Part shown: piece by piece, positions 1 through 9,241 of the stretch
How the letters are laid out: each line of letters begins with the position of its first letter
Numbering within the stretch: position 1 is the first letter of the stretch
Assembly: GCA_963768835.1 (NCBI GenBank)
Contig: CAVYJB010000001.1
Coordinates: 88,420-152,419 of the forward strand
DNA length: 64,000 bases
Reading direction: 5' to 3'
From: an uncultured bacterium
GTDB lineage: Bacteria; Patescibacteriota; Minisyncoccia; UBA6257; GWB1-50-10
Translations under genes and position numbers: made by a program
The notes under the pieces: model-generated
Databases searched by the model: none
Told to the model about the DNA's origin: nothing
The model's input: the letters and a program-made list of their open reading frames with translations, nothing else

Positions 1-2
1 GC

Positions 3-113
3 TCACCGGGGAATACGGAGGGTCGGCCAATGCCACCCATTGACGCGCCCGAACAGGTGGCCGAACGCATCGTCGCGCTCATCCGTTCTGGCGCGGCAGA
101 AGATTCGATGTAG
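3..113 (+). CDS. C-terminal fragment of an unidentified CDS running off the window start
   Basis: Open frame from window edge to TAG at 111-113; no recognisable domain. Confidence 0.2.
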   Translation, partial: SPGNTEGRPMPPIDAPEQVAERIVALIRSGAAEDSM

Positions 114-130
114 GCCGGACCTAAGCGGGA

Positions 131-565
131 GTGTATACTAAGAAGATGGGAACAACCCCCGCCCACACCAAGAAATGGGTCTGGGATTTGAGTGCCGCGG
201 CTCTTATCGGTGCGCTTATTCTTGCACTTATCGTCCTTGCCAGCCTTCTCATACTCGAGTACCGATCCCTCGCGGTTTCGGGATTCTTTCAAAGCGCACC
301 GCGCCCATCGTTCGCGAACCTAAGAAACCATCGTTTGCTTTCACCTGCAGACGCGAACCAAATCCAGCCTTGGATGACCTTCGAGTACCTGAACCGCGCC
401 TTCGGTCTTCCCCTCGATTACCTCCAAACAACTCTTACCATCACGGATTCTCACTATCCTTACCTTTCTATCGCTCGGTATGCACACGAAAAAAACGTGA
501 ACGAAGGCGCGTTCCTCGGCCAGGTGCAGGCGGCGGTGCGCGGCTATACAACTGCCCCGCATTAG
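131..565 (+). CDS. hypothetical membrane protein
   Basis: 144-aa ORF with N-terminal hydrophobic helix; immediately upstream of DedA-like gene. Confidence 0.4.
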   Translation: MYTKKMGTTPAHTKKWVWDLSAAALIGALILALIVLASLLILEYRSLAVSGFFQSAPRPSFANLRNHRLLSPADANQIQPWMTFEYLNRAFGLPLDYLQTTLTITDSHYPYLSIARYAHEKNVNEGAFLGQVQAAVRGYTTAPH

Positions 566-569
566 CCCG

Positions 570-1163
570 ATGGGATACGTTCTAAGCGCTCTTCTATCCT
601 ACCTTCTTCTCTACAAATACGCCGCGCTCTTTGCGGTGATTTTCACGGCCGCTATTGCCATTCCTTGGCCTGTGAATACGATCCTTCTCGCGGGAGGTGC
701 TTTCGCCAGCCAAGGGTTCCTCAATATCGGAGGGGCTTTCGCGGTCGCGGTGGTAGCAAATGTCCTAGGCGATCTCACGGCTTACGCCCTTACGCGCCGC
801 TACGGACATATTGTGACCCGATGGCTTCATATCGAACGGTCTCCTACCTTCGTCCGGCTTGAAGGTTATATCGGAAGCCACGCAGCCTGGACGGTACTCC
901 TCACACGTTTTGTTGGTTTCATGGGCTCTATTGTAAACGTTCTTGCGGGTCTCGCCACCGTGCCTCTCCGTACCTTCTTTACGCTAGACCTCATCGGCAA
1001 TGTGGCTTCTATTGTGGGCCCTTTGGGTGTAGGGTACCTCCTCGGGAATTATTGGGAGGCCCTAACAAGTATCGTCGGTACCGCAGGCGGCATCCTTTTT
1101 GTGACCGTAACCTTAATCTTGATCCTCCAGGTGCGGCGGCGACGTCGAAATAGCGATCACTAG
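570..1163 (+). CDS. DedA/VTT-family membrane protein
   Basis: 197 aa, multi-TM, glycine-rich DedA-like core (GGAFASQGF, NVLGDLTAYALTRRYG). Confidence 0.65.
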   Translation: MGYVLSALLSYLLLYKYAALFAVIFTAAIAIPWPVNTILLAGGAFASQGFLNIGGAFAVAVVANVLGDLTAYALTRRYGHIVTRWLHIERSPTFVRLEGYIGSHAAWTVLLTRFVGFMGSIVNVLAGLATVPLRTFFTLDLIGNVASIVGPLGVGYLLGNYWEALTSIVGTAGGILFVTVTLILILQVRRRRRNSDH

Positions 1164-1303
1164 CATATAAAAAGCCTGGGAATGAGATCCTCATCGGAGA
1201 TTGAGGATCATAGGGACGTAGTGGAAGGTCGATTGTTCTCCCCGCCTTTCAAAAAGAACCCCCACACCAAGCGAACTTGGTGTGGGGTATGTCCTCCGTC
1301 GAT

Positions 1304-1702
1304 TTAATGCGGGATCCTTGAAGGAGGAATGTATGCATAAGAGAACTGGCCTGTTGGACGACCCATCTTGTCCTTGAACGGCATTGCGAAAAGTAACACC
1401 GGGGCTCCTTTGGGAGCCTTCTTTAGCCAGTTGTACTCGTAGAAAGAAATCGCGACAAGTTGCTTCTGTGCTGGGGGTTCCCCTTCAATCTGCACCACCT
1501 CTAGCCGCCACTCTCGTCCAGGAACGGGATTTGATGCGTGCTGCGTAGAATCCTTCGGAATTTCCTTCGCTATTTCAGAAAAGTCAAAGACCCGAACGAT
1601 CTTCGCCTTCACTGTGAGAAAATCTCCCACTCTTAATGGCGAGGTTCCTCCACAACCACAGAGAGCGAATGCCACAGCTGCGATCACTGCAGATTTGCGC
1701 AT
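1304..1702 (-). CDS. putative lipoprotein
   Basis: Signal peptide with lipobox (AFALCGCGG) at N-terminus. Confidence 0.5.
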   Translation of the reverse strand: MRKSAVIAAVAFALCGCGGTSPLRVGDFLTVKAKIVRVFDFSEIAKEIPKDSTQHASNPVPGREWRLEVVQIEGEPPAQKQLVAISFYEYNWLKKAPKGAPVLLFAMPFKDKMGRPTGQFSYAYIPPSRIPH

Positions 1703-1756
1703 AAACCCTCCTATATTGTTTTCGGGATACTTCTTATAAAATACAACCGAAACGCA

Positions 1757-2011
1757 TTAAGTGTCAAGCGGGCCTCCCACCCGACGGCGCCCCCACCGGA
1801 TGCGATCCCAGAAACGCTCATGGGCATAATACGCGGCGCTCGTGTAGATGTTGCTCACTATTGTAAATCCCGCGGCAATGTCCAAGCGTCGGGTCCAAAG
1901 GTAAAGCACTGTGAAATCAAGAGCAAGAACGAGTATGCGGTAACTCACCGCTTTGGCAATGGAGCGTTTCCGCTCTTCAACGAATTGTGCTTTGTTTGCG
2001 CCTTGTTCCAT
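1757..2011 (-). CDS. small membrane protein (DUF2061-like)
   Basis: 84 aa, two TM helices, basic N-terminus; resembles DUF2061 family by memory. Confidence 0.4.
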   Translation of the reverse strand: MEQGANKAQFVEERKRSIAKAVSYRILVLALDFTVLYLWTRRLDIAAGFTIVSNIYTSAAYYAHERFWDRIRWGRRRVGGPLDT

Positions 2012-2017
2012 AGAAAC

Positions 2018-2740
2018 CTAATAACCGACGAACTCTTCCGAACGCACACGGTCGGGGTCCGTACCTGCTCCCTCAAGCATCTTCTGCATCGCCGTGACAA
2101 AGACAGGAGGACCGGAAATGTAATAGATTGGTTCCACAAGATCGGCGAGATAACGTTTCAGCATTGCCGCATCGATGAATCCGATCTCGTCTTCCCACGC
2201 TTCCTGAGACGCCGCGCGTTCTGTCATTGTGGCGATGAGCCGAAAAGAACCACCTTCCGCATGGTAGCCCTCAAGCTCCGTGAGAAAAGCGGTATCCTCC
2301 GGCCGACGATTCGAATAAAAGAGCGTGAGCGGAGTAGGGTTCCCGTCATGGAGCGCCTGACGTACGATGCTCCGAAAAGGCGTGATACCGATACCGCCAG
2401 CGAGGAAAACAGCCGACCGCGACGTATCATGGTGGAGCGTCATGGATCCGAAAGGGCCTTCCATCTGCACTCCAGCACCAAGGGGCATCGAACCGAGAAC
2501 TCGTTTGAAAGCAGTAGGACGCATGCGGGTCGCGACCACGAGCTCTGGCTCAAAAGGTGCGGAAGTAAAGGAAAAGGTGCGCTTCGGGCCTTCCACATCG
2601 GTCTCTACGGGCTCAAGAAGCGTCCAGTCGGCGTTCTGCCCCGGCTTAAATTCGAATCCTACTGGCTTTTCAAAATGGAACTCCATCGTACCCTCCGCAA
2701 CCAGCGTACGCTTTAGAAGCTTCGTGGTATAAATCGCCAT
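2018..2740 (-). CDS. FAD/NAD(P)-binding oxidoreductase, ferredoxin-NADP reductase-like
   Basis: FNR-like motifs: RxYS-type FAD binding region, GGIGITPFRSI NAD-binding glycine motif. Confidence 0.7.
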   Translation of the reverse strand: MAIYTTKLLKRTLVAEGTMEFHFEKPVGFEFKPGQNADWTLLEPVETDVEGPKRTFSFTSAPFEPELVVATRMRPTAFKRVLGSMPLGAGVQMEGPFGSMTLHHDTSRSAVFLAGGIGITPFRSIVRQALHDGNPTPLTLFYSNRRPEDTAFLTELEGYHAEGGSFRLIATMTERAASQEAWEDEIGFIDAAMLKRYLADLVEPIYYISGPPVFVTAMQKMLEGAGTDPDRVRSEEFVGY

Positions 2741-2804
2741 GCGCTCATTTTAACCTATGGGCCAATAGAGACATAGGGGCTATTCGATGTGCTACCATAG
2801 AAGC

Positions 2805-3821
2805 ATGGGGGGTAAGATACCATCGCTCTATATCCTTGTTGGCATTATCGTTGTTGTGGGGCTTTTCGTAGGCGGTCTGTTCGCTTTTCGCTCCGTCATC
2901 CTTGGCTTGCCTGCCGAAAACACGATTATCCCAACCAACTTCCTTGGCAACCGGAACACGGGTTCGGTAGGGAGCCACGTATCGGAAGCTCCGGGCTTTG
3001 CGGTACGGCGCAAGAACAAGAACACTGTTGTCGTGGAATGGACAAATCTGCCGGCCGGCACCGCGCGCATCGATGCGTATCGCGTCCGACAAACCGCGAA
3101 TGGGACTGAGCTTATCTATTGGGAGAGTATCCCGTTGGGACCTGACGCAGGAAGCGGTTCCAAAGAGTTCTCGATCGGACCGAATGATAACCCCGACGCT
3201 TATCTTTATTACTTCCAGACCGCGGGGGCAAACGGAACCATTCTCTGGACCTCCTCAAGCACACAGATTACAACTTCCTCACTCTTTGGAACTCCCGCGG
3301 GGCCGGAAGGGAACCCGAACCAGAATAACAACCCGAGCAATGGCAATAACCCTCCGTCAAACCCTCAGAACCCGACGCCTTCAACTCCCGCACCCACCTC
3401 AACCCCTCCCGTTTCAAGCCCGACTTCCACGGCCTCCGAACCCACCTCTACCGTGGTAATTCCCCCTCCGGAGACGCCGCCCCCAGTCGTGTACTACTAT
3501 ACCCCACAGGGTCAGCTCTCAAGTACCGCATCTTCTGGCCCGCCCACGGCGACTTTCTATGTTTACTTCCTCAACGGGAACATCCAAATCAATTGGCAGA
3601 ACCTTCCGGCTGGTACGGACAGTCTTGTGGTAGACCGCTCGGCTTCAGGCGATGGTCCTTGGACAGAGCTCATGGAACAAACGAATCCGGCGGACCCCGG
3701 GACCCTTGGTGTCCTTGATCAGACCGTCCAAGATCCTTACTACTACCAAATGGAAGCGCGGGGCGCCGATAACGTTATTGCAACCTATGGCCCTGTCTTC
3801 CTGCCTGGGCTTACTCAGTAA
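2805..3821 (+). CDS. membrane-anchored Pro/Thr/Ser-rich protein with two FN3-like repeats
   Basis: N-terminal TM; repeats VVVEWTNLPAGTARIDAYRV and IQINWQNLPAGTDSLVVDRS separated by low-complexity P/T/S linker; start taken at internal Met (MGGKIPSLYIL). Confidence 0.5.
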   Translation: MGGKIPSLYILVGIIVVVGLFVGGLFAFRSVILGLPAENTIIPTNFLGNRNTGSVGSHVSEAPGFAVRRKNKNTVVVEWTNLPAGTARIDAYRVRQTANGTELIYWESIPLGPDAGSGSKEFSIGPNDNPDAYLYYFQTAGANGTILWTSSSTQITTSSLFGTPAGPEGNPNQNNNPSNGNNPPSNPQNPTPSTPAPTSTPPVSSPTSTASEPTSTVVIPPPETPPPVVYYYTPQGQLSSTASSGPPTATFYVYFLNGNIQINWQNLPAGTDSLVVDRSASGDGPWTELMEQTNPADPGTLGVLDQTVQDPYYYQMEARGADNVIATYGPVFLPGLTQ

Positions 3822-3850
3822 GATTAACCTGCGGGTTTGTTCTTCCGATC

Positions 3851-4330
3851 CTACCGCGTGACAGAGGTCGTGGCCTTCTCCGCATAGGGAGCTGCTACGG
3901 TCGTTTGCCCGCTCGAAGCGTTGTAATAAACCGTATAGCCGGTGTCATAATCCGTGGTGCTCGTGTAGTGAGCTCCCGTGGCTTTCGGGTCATAAGGCAG
4001 CCGAGGGAGATAGATTGGAACTAGGCACGGCGCGATATTGTAGGTCGTGGTGGACGCCACCGATGACATACGCCGGGTGGAGGTTGGAAGTGGCCCCGAG
4101 ACGCAGACGAAACCAGTCCGATTATCGATAATATTCTGACGAATGCCGTTCAGAATCGCATTCACATGCGCGCGTCGCTGCGTGTCGCGGGCGATGGCAA
4201 GCTGCGCTGCCCAGTTCTGAGAAAGAACCGCAATGGCAAGGAGAAGGATGGTCAGCGCGATACCGATCAGGAGTTCCGCAATACTCACGGTACCGGCTCG
4301 CGGCGTGCGCCGAGGATTCTGAGATTCCAT
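3851..4330 (-). CDS. type IV pilin-like protein
   Basis: Prepilin-type N-terminus RAG/TVSIAELLIGIALTILLLA after short leader starting MESQNPRRTP; ATG at 4330 (ORF track extension upstream rejected). Confidence 0.6.
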   Translation of the reverse strand: MESQNPRRTPRAGTVSIAELLIGIALTILLLAIAVLSQNWAAQLAIARDTQRRAHVNAILNGIRQNIIDNRTGFVCVSGPLPTSTRRMSSVASTTTYNIAPCLVPIYLPRLPYDPKATGAHYTSTTDYDTGYTVYYNASSGQTTVAAPYAEKATTSVTR

Positions 4331-4334
4331 ATTA

Positions 4335-5771
4335 CTATTGTACTTCGGACCAGGAGATGGGGGTATACTGACTTCCCACGAGCGGGTAGCTTGGCGGCGG
4401 GCCGTAAAGGAGATTTGAATCATAAGAAATATTGCGCGTCTGGTAGCCTGTATTATCCGTGTAGGCAAAACCGTAACGAACATAGGAAGCGATCATCCCA
4501 TAGAGCGTAAGGCCGGTGCGGACATAGCCCGTGCCGCAATTGGAATCGTAGTAGTAGCGTCCCACGCGTCCGCTCTGCGCCGTGAGCGCTCCGTCGATGC
4601 GTAGGGTGTCCGCTGAGGAAAGACCCGTATTGATATTGTTTTGTGCAATGAGGCCAATAGAGTCACTGCCATCGTAATTCGTATACAGGAGATTGGAATT
4701 CACGGTGATAGAAGTGCTGGTTGCGATCCCAACGGGGAATGCGCCGGAGGCGATCGTGAGACGCTCATGGTTGATCTGGCCGCGCACCCAGATGTTGTCC
4801 TCGAAGAATAGGAGGCCGCTCGTCGGGACGGGATAGGTTCCAAGGAGGGCCTCATTCGAAACTGACCAGGTCCCCCACCCCGACTGTCCCTGGGAGTTCG
4901 TGCAGTTCTGGGGAGGCGCGGTAAGCGCCGTCACCTTGAAAATAGATACCGTGCCGGTGGAATTTAGGGCCACGTCGTACCCGAAGACCGTTGACGTTCC
5001 TCGGTAAATACCGTTCGTGATGGCAGCCGACTTTATCTGCGAGAGGGTCTGAGTAATACCATTGAAATCAAGTGCAGGGACACCGAGCTGCCGCCCAGCC
5101 ATAAATACATCCGGACGGTTGGGAAGTGTCGCGGGTGGATAAGGATCCGCAGGCGATACGAGGGTGTAGACCGCATACTCCGGCGGTGGGCCATAGTCAG
5201 GATCGGTATAGGTTGTGAGCGCGCTTGCCACAAGATTATGGGCAACTCCATCAAAGTGGATACCGCCATTTGAGGTGATGGGTCCGTAGACCACGGTTCC
5301 TGCGCCGAAGCGAACATTGTCGTTCGATCCGACTGCATACTTTGCAAGCGAGGGGATACCGAGCCGCACCCGAATGATTTTCTGGATAGAAGAATCGGTG
5401 AGGAGGCTTCCCGCACTTTGTATCGTAACAATAGTCGAGCTGGGCGTAGGAGGCGTAATGGTAAGGGCAAAGGCCCCAATCTGGTTACCATCTTTGTCAT
5501 AGAAAAGATGGACGTACGGGCCGGTGCTCGTCGCGCCGTGACCATCCCAGTAATCTGTCGACGCGTGGGCAAGGTGCCACCGATAATATTCGACGCCGGA
5601 TTCCGCGATAGCGAACGCTTGGGTTTTCCGGAGCTCCCGGACCGATGAGTTTAGGGTCGAAAAGGACCAAACCACAAATCCCGTGATGGCAACCAAGGTC
5701 ACCGCCGTGAAAATCAAGAGCTGAATTGATATCTGACCTTGGATGAAGCGAAGCGAGCGCATGGAATTCAA
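4335..5771 (-). CDS. large minor pseudopilin-like protein (GspK/PilX-like, Gln at +5)
   Basis: N-terminus RFIQG/QISIQLLIFTAVTLVAITG resembles prepilin leader with Q replacing E5; 478 aa; translationally coupled in pilin operon. Confidence 0.5.
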   Translation of the reverse strand: MNSMRSLRFIQGQISIQLLIFTAVTLVAITGFVVWSFSTLNSSVRELRKTQAFAIAESGVEYYRWHLAHASTDYWDGHGATSTGPYVHLFYDKDGNQIGAFALTITPPTPSSTIVTIQSAGSLLTDSSIQKIIRVRLGIPSLAKYAVGSNDNVRFGAGTVVYGPITSNGGIHFDGVAHNLVASALTTYTDPDYGPPPEYAVYTLVSPADPYPPATLPNRPDVFMAGRQLGVPALDFNGITQTLSQIKSAAITNGIYRGTSTVFGYDVALNSTGTVSIFKVTALTAPPQNCTNSQGQSGWGTWSVSNEALLGTYPVPTSGLLFFEDNIWVRGQINHERLTIASGAFPVGIATSTSITVNSNLLYTNYDGSDSIGLIAQNNINTGLSSADTLRIDGALTAQSGRVGRYYYDSNCGTGYVRTGLTLYGMIASYVRYGFAYTDNTGYQTRNISYDSNLLYGPPPSYPLVGSQYTPISWSEVQ

Positions 5772-6394
5772 TTGGAACGCAAGTTCCTAATGGTGACGAA
5801 ATCCGTGAAGGTGGTAGGTTTCGGAGAGGTCGAGGTTGAAACATCGGCAGTGAGTATGATCTGCACGGAGCGAACGATTGTAGGATCTGTGATAGGAAAC
5901 GAAATCGCAGGCTGTGTTCCTGTATAATTCGTGTCAAAGTAGGCGAAAGAGCTGGAGGAAGCAATGGTATTTGGCACAACAACCGTCACCACCTCGCCAG
6001 TCGAAGTCGGATAGGTGGGCGGGTTCCCGACGGGGACCGTCACGCCTTTTTGTAGGGTGTTTGTAGCGATGGTATAACGGACTCGCTCGAAAGTCCCGTT
6101 TTGGTTAATATCGCTGTAGAAAACGATGGTAGAAGTGCCCGCAGATTCCAGAGGGTACGCGCCAGCGGCCGAAGGGCCCATCGAGCGGACTTCTGTCACC
6201 ATGGACTGGAGCGTCGACTCGACATCCTGCTGGGGTCGGAGCTTCCGATCCAGGAACCCCTGAATGTTCGAGATAATACCGACAAACTGGGTGAGAACGA
6301 GAATCACGCCCATAGAGATGGCCAAGCCAACGATTATTTCGAGGAGCGACCACCCCTCTCTCCGTTTCCGCGTTGAGAAAAGCTTTGATTTCAT
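5768..6394 (-). CDS. type IV pilin-like protein
   Basis: MKSKLFSTRKRREG/WSLLEIIVGLAI prepilin motif with E5; start chosen at Met14 of listed ORF. Confidence 0.6.
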   Translation of the reverse strand: MKSKLFSTRKRREGWSLLEIIVGLAISMGVILVLTQFVGIISNIQGFLDRKLRPQQDVESTLQSMVTEVRSMGPSAAGAYPLESAGTSTIVFYSDINQNGTFERVRYTIATNTLQKGVTVPVGNPPTYPTSTGEVVTVVVPNTIASSSSFAYFDTNYTGTQPAISFPITDPTIVRSVQIILTADVSTSTSPKPTTFTDFVTIRNLRSN

Positions 6395-6399
6395 TGCGA

Positions 6400-8148
6400 T
6401 TAGTGAGTAAGATCGATCTCCGTACCTTGCCAACCGTTACCGACTGAAACAGTGCTCGTCGCATACGCGAAACCAGCTGCCGTTACGTTCACTCCATAGG
6501 AACCTGTTGAAAGTCCCTGGAAAAGCGCTTGTCCAGGCGGCACGCAGGGGCCGCTGAAATCAAAAGTCACGTCATCCACCTCCGGAGTGGTTGCTGAATC
6601 CTGCGTTTTGAGAAAAACTTTGTAACGTAGATAGCGATTTCCGTCGAAGAGACCACCGATCACCGAGGAGGATGCTGTGAAGTAGCTCCCAGCACCACTC
6701 GGCCCCACGAAGTTCCAGGTTGCATTGTCATTGTTGGCCGCAACTTGAAACTCAACGCTTCCCTGCCCTGTGGAAGGTGGCGCCGAACCGGGTCCCCAAG
6801 AAAGGTAATAGAGCGAAGAGGAGCTTGAACCGAGGTCGATAGTGTTCGAGATGAGCCAGGAAACCGTGGTGGTGCTGAAAGGTCCGCCGGCTGGTGCCAT
6901 CCGCAGAGCGCCCGGAACCGAAGTGGTGTCTGTGTTGCTTTGACCTGAGAATTGGCCGCCAGACCAGTCGGTCTGGGTAACAAACGCATGATCCGTGGTA
7001 TGAGACCACACCGAAGCTCCTTGGGAAATGTTCACGGTGGCGCTGGGAACCGAGGCGCCCGAAGCGGCGTCTTTCACTGTCACAGAGAGCGAATTGGGAC
7101 TTGTGGGGAGGAGAATAAAAGCAAAGCTCACAGTGGTACTGGGCGAGATAGAGAGAGAAAGAGACGGCGTGGCGCCTACAAGATCATAGCTCGAACCCCC
7201 ATAGGTGAAGACGTAGTTGTCCCATTCGAGATTGGGGTTCATATAGGTCCCACCACTCCCGGTTTTCGTGCTGGTCGCGAACTTCAGAACATTCGGGCTC
7301 GACCCGATAAGCTTCGCTCCCTGGTAGGAAAAACTTTGATTCGCAATCGGCACGCAGGTCGGTCCTTCAGTCATGACGGTAAGAGGACTAACGCGGTCAA
7401 TCTGGAAACTCACAGGTGTAAGCGTCCCCGCGGAGACGGTGGCGTAACCCGGTGATGGATTTGGGTTCGAGGGAATACCGAAGGGATAGTTCTGGGCGGT
7501 GGTATAACCAGCTTTCGTCACGCTAACATGGTAAGACTGGGTGCTTGTCGGAACCCCAACAAGTTGGAGTACACCGTTCAGGTTTGTGGTATCCGTAAGA
7601 TTGATAGTGGGGGTCGTCGAAGTGTTTATCACGTTCACCGTCGCCCCTGACACTGGATTGCCGTTCGCATCGAAAACGTTTACGAACAAGGAACCCTGAT
7701 TTGAGGCACTCTCAAGGTTCTTGGGGGCAACCCATGTTGTGAGAGAAAGAGGGACAAACCCAACACAGGAAAGACACTGCATCTGTAGCTGCACCAGCTT
7801 GTAATCCGCGGGGGCTGTGTCGGTTGGGGCAAGCCCATCAAAAGGATCATCAATATTTCGGATTGTTGTCGTAAGAAGGAAGGTAGCGCCCTCCGTCGAG
7901 GACACGGTCTGTGTGGGCGGGAGGATGCCCGACGGAATGCCCCCTACCGTTCCGACCGACGCATAGGGAAGGCCGCGGATGATTTCCACTTGGCGGTTCA
8001 ATAACGCCGTGGCTGCAGTACGGAAATCGGTGTTCGTCACTACTTGAAGGACCGCCGTATGAAAAATGTAGATGCCCCCAAACAGCACCATAACCATCAT
8101 GATGCCGATGAGCACTTCAATGAGCGATGTGCCGGCGCGAGCGTGCAC
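6400..8148 (-). CDS. giant pilin-like protein (582 aa)
   Basis: N-terminus MHARAG/TSLIEVLIGIMMVMVLF canonical class III signal with E5; long beta-rich Thr/Ser/Gly-rich C-terminal region. Confidence 0.6.
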   Translation of the reverse strand: MHARAGTSLIEVLIGIMMVMVLFGGIYIFHTAVLQVVTNTDFRTAATALLNRQVEIIRGLPYASVGTVGGIPSGILPPTQTVSSTEGATFLLTTTIRNIDDPFDGLAPTDTAPADYKLVQLQMQCLSCVGFVPLSLTTWVAPKNLESASNQGSLFVNVFDANGNPVSGATVNVINTSTTPTINLTDTTNLNGVLQLVGVPTSTQSYHVSVTKAGYTTAQNYPFGIPSNPNPSPGYATVSAGTLTPVSFQIDRVSPLTVMTEGPTCVPIANQSFSYQGAKLIGSSPNVLKFATSTKTGSGGTYMNPNLEWDNYVFTYGGSSYDLVGATPSLSLSISPSTTVSFAFILLPTSPNSLSVTVKDAASGASVPSATVNISQGASVWSHTTDHAFVTQTDWSGGQFSGQSNTDTTSVPGALRMAPAGGPFSTTTVSWLISNTIDLGSSSSSLYYLSWGPGSAPPSTGQGSVEFQVAANNDNATWNFVGPSGAGSYFTASSSVIGGLFDGNRYLRYKVFLKTQDSATTPEVDDVTFDFSGPCVPPGQALFQGLSTGSYGVNVTAAGFAYATSTVSVGNGWQGTEIDLTH

Positions 8149-8161
8149 GGTAGTAGGAGCG

Positions 8162-9241
8162 TTACTGAGTGAGTCCTTGGGAAATAGAATAGATGGGAAG
8201 CACGATGGATAGGGCTACGAATCCCACGATGACTCCCATAAAAACCAAAATAAGAGGTTCGATGAACGCCGTGAGATTTTTCAGGGAGCCATCGACTTCT
8301 TCGCTGTAGTAGCTCGCAAGATAGTTAAGGTTCTCGATGAGATTCCCGGTGCCTTCACCGATCTGAATCATACCGGTGAGGAGCGGCGGGAAAAGGCGCG
8401 GATGAGCCGCGAGGAGACGTGCGAATTGCTCGCCTCGGCGAACACCTTCGGTCGCGAGAACCAAATTCCTACGATAGACCCGGTTATCAAGGGTCTGACT
8501 CGTGATGGTCAGGGCTTCAACGATTTTGATACCACCCTTAAGAAGAATCCCTAGTACGCGGCTCAGGTTCGCCATGTTAACGTCCACCACAAGGTGAGAG
8601 AGTACAGGGGTCATCAGCATCACTCGATGAAAGAAATAACGCATGATCTTCAACTTCATGACGAGTCGTAGCGCTATAAAGAGGACGATGGCCCCGACGA
8701 TGATGATAACGAAGTAGGACTGAAGGAAGCCGAGAACGGCGATGAGGGCCTGTGTAACGGCCGGAAGTTTGACGCCGAGGTTTGAAAAGGCGGTCACAAG
8801 CTTGGGAAAGATGAAGAAGGTGAGGAAGCCACACACCGCGATGGTCATGACAAAGAGAATAGCAGGATAAATAAGCGCGGAAACCACTTTCCCTCGGAGA
8901 TCTTTTGACTTTTTCATCTCCTCCGCAAGGTACAATAGATTATCGCCGAGGGTTCCGCTCGTCTCCCCTACCTCTACGATGCTGATGAAGAAGTCACCGA
9001 AGACATCCTGAAAGTGCCGGAGACTCTTTGCAAGCGATTGCCCATTATTGATGTCAGAAATCAACTGGTCGATGACTCGGATGAGACCCTTCGAAGTCGT
9101 CTGGCTCCGTATGATCTTCAGGCCTTCGAACATTGGAAGGCCCGCCTTGATAATGATGGAAAGATGCCGTGCGAAGTTGATCTTCTCCTGAGTCTTGATA
9201 CGGTTGAAAAGACCGATGGAGATGTGAGGAGGGCTAATCAT
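8162..9241 (-). CDS. pilC: type IV pilus assembly platform protein PilC (GspF family)
   Basis: Two GspF/T2SSF-type repeats and three TM segments; ATG at 9241 overlaps pilB stop (CATGATTAG). Confidence 0.85.
   Translation of the reverse strand: MISPPHISIGLFNRIKTQEKINFARHLSIIIKAGLPMFEGLKIIRSQTTSKGLIRVIDQLISDINNGQSLAKSLRHFQDVFGDFFISIVEVGETSGTLGDNLLYLAEEMKKSKDLRGKVVSALIYPAILFVMTIAVCGFLTFFIFPKLVTAFSNLGVKLPAVTQALIAVLGFLQSYFVIIIVGAIVLFIALRLVMKLKIMRYFFHRVMLMTPVLSHLVVDVNMANLSRVLGILLKGGIKIVEALTITSQTLDNRVYRRNLVLATEGVRRGEQFARLLAAHPRLFPPLLTGMIQIGEGTGNLIENLNYLASYYSEEVDGSLKNLTAFIEPLILVFMGVIVGFVALSIVLPIYSISQGLTQ

Noticed and set aside
1820-2716. 298-aa plus-strand ORF spanning the DUF2061-like and oxidoreductase genes
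   Set aside because: It is antisense to the FNR-like oxidoreductase, whose cofactor motifs are clear. The sequence is Arg/His-rich and low-complexity, typical of out-of-frame GC-rich translation.
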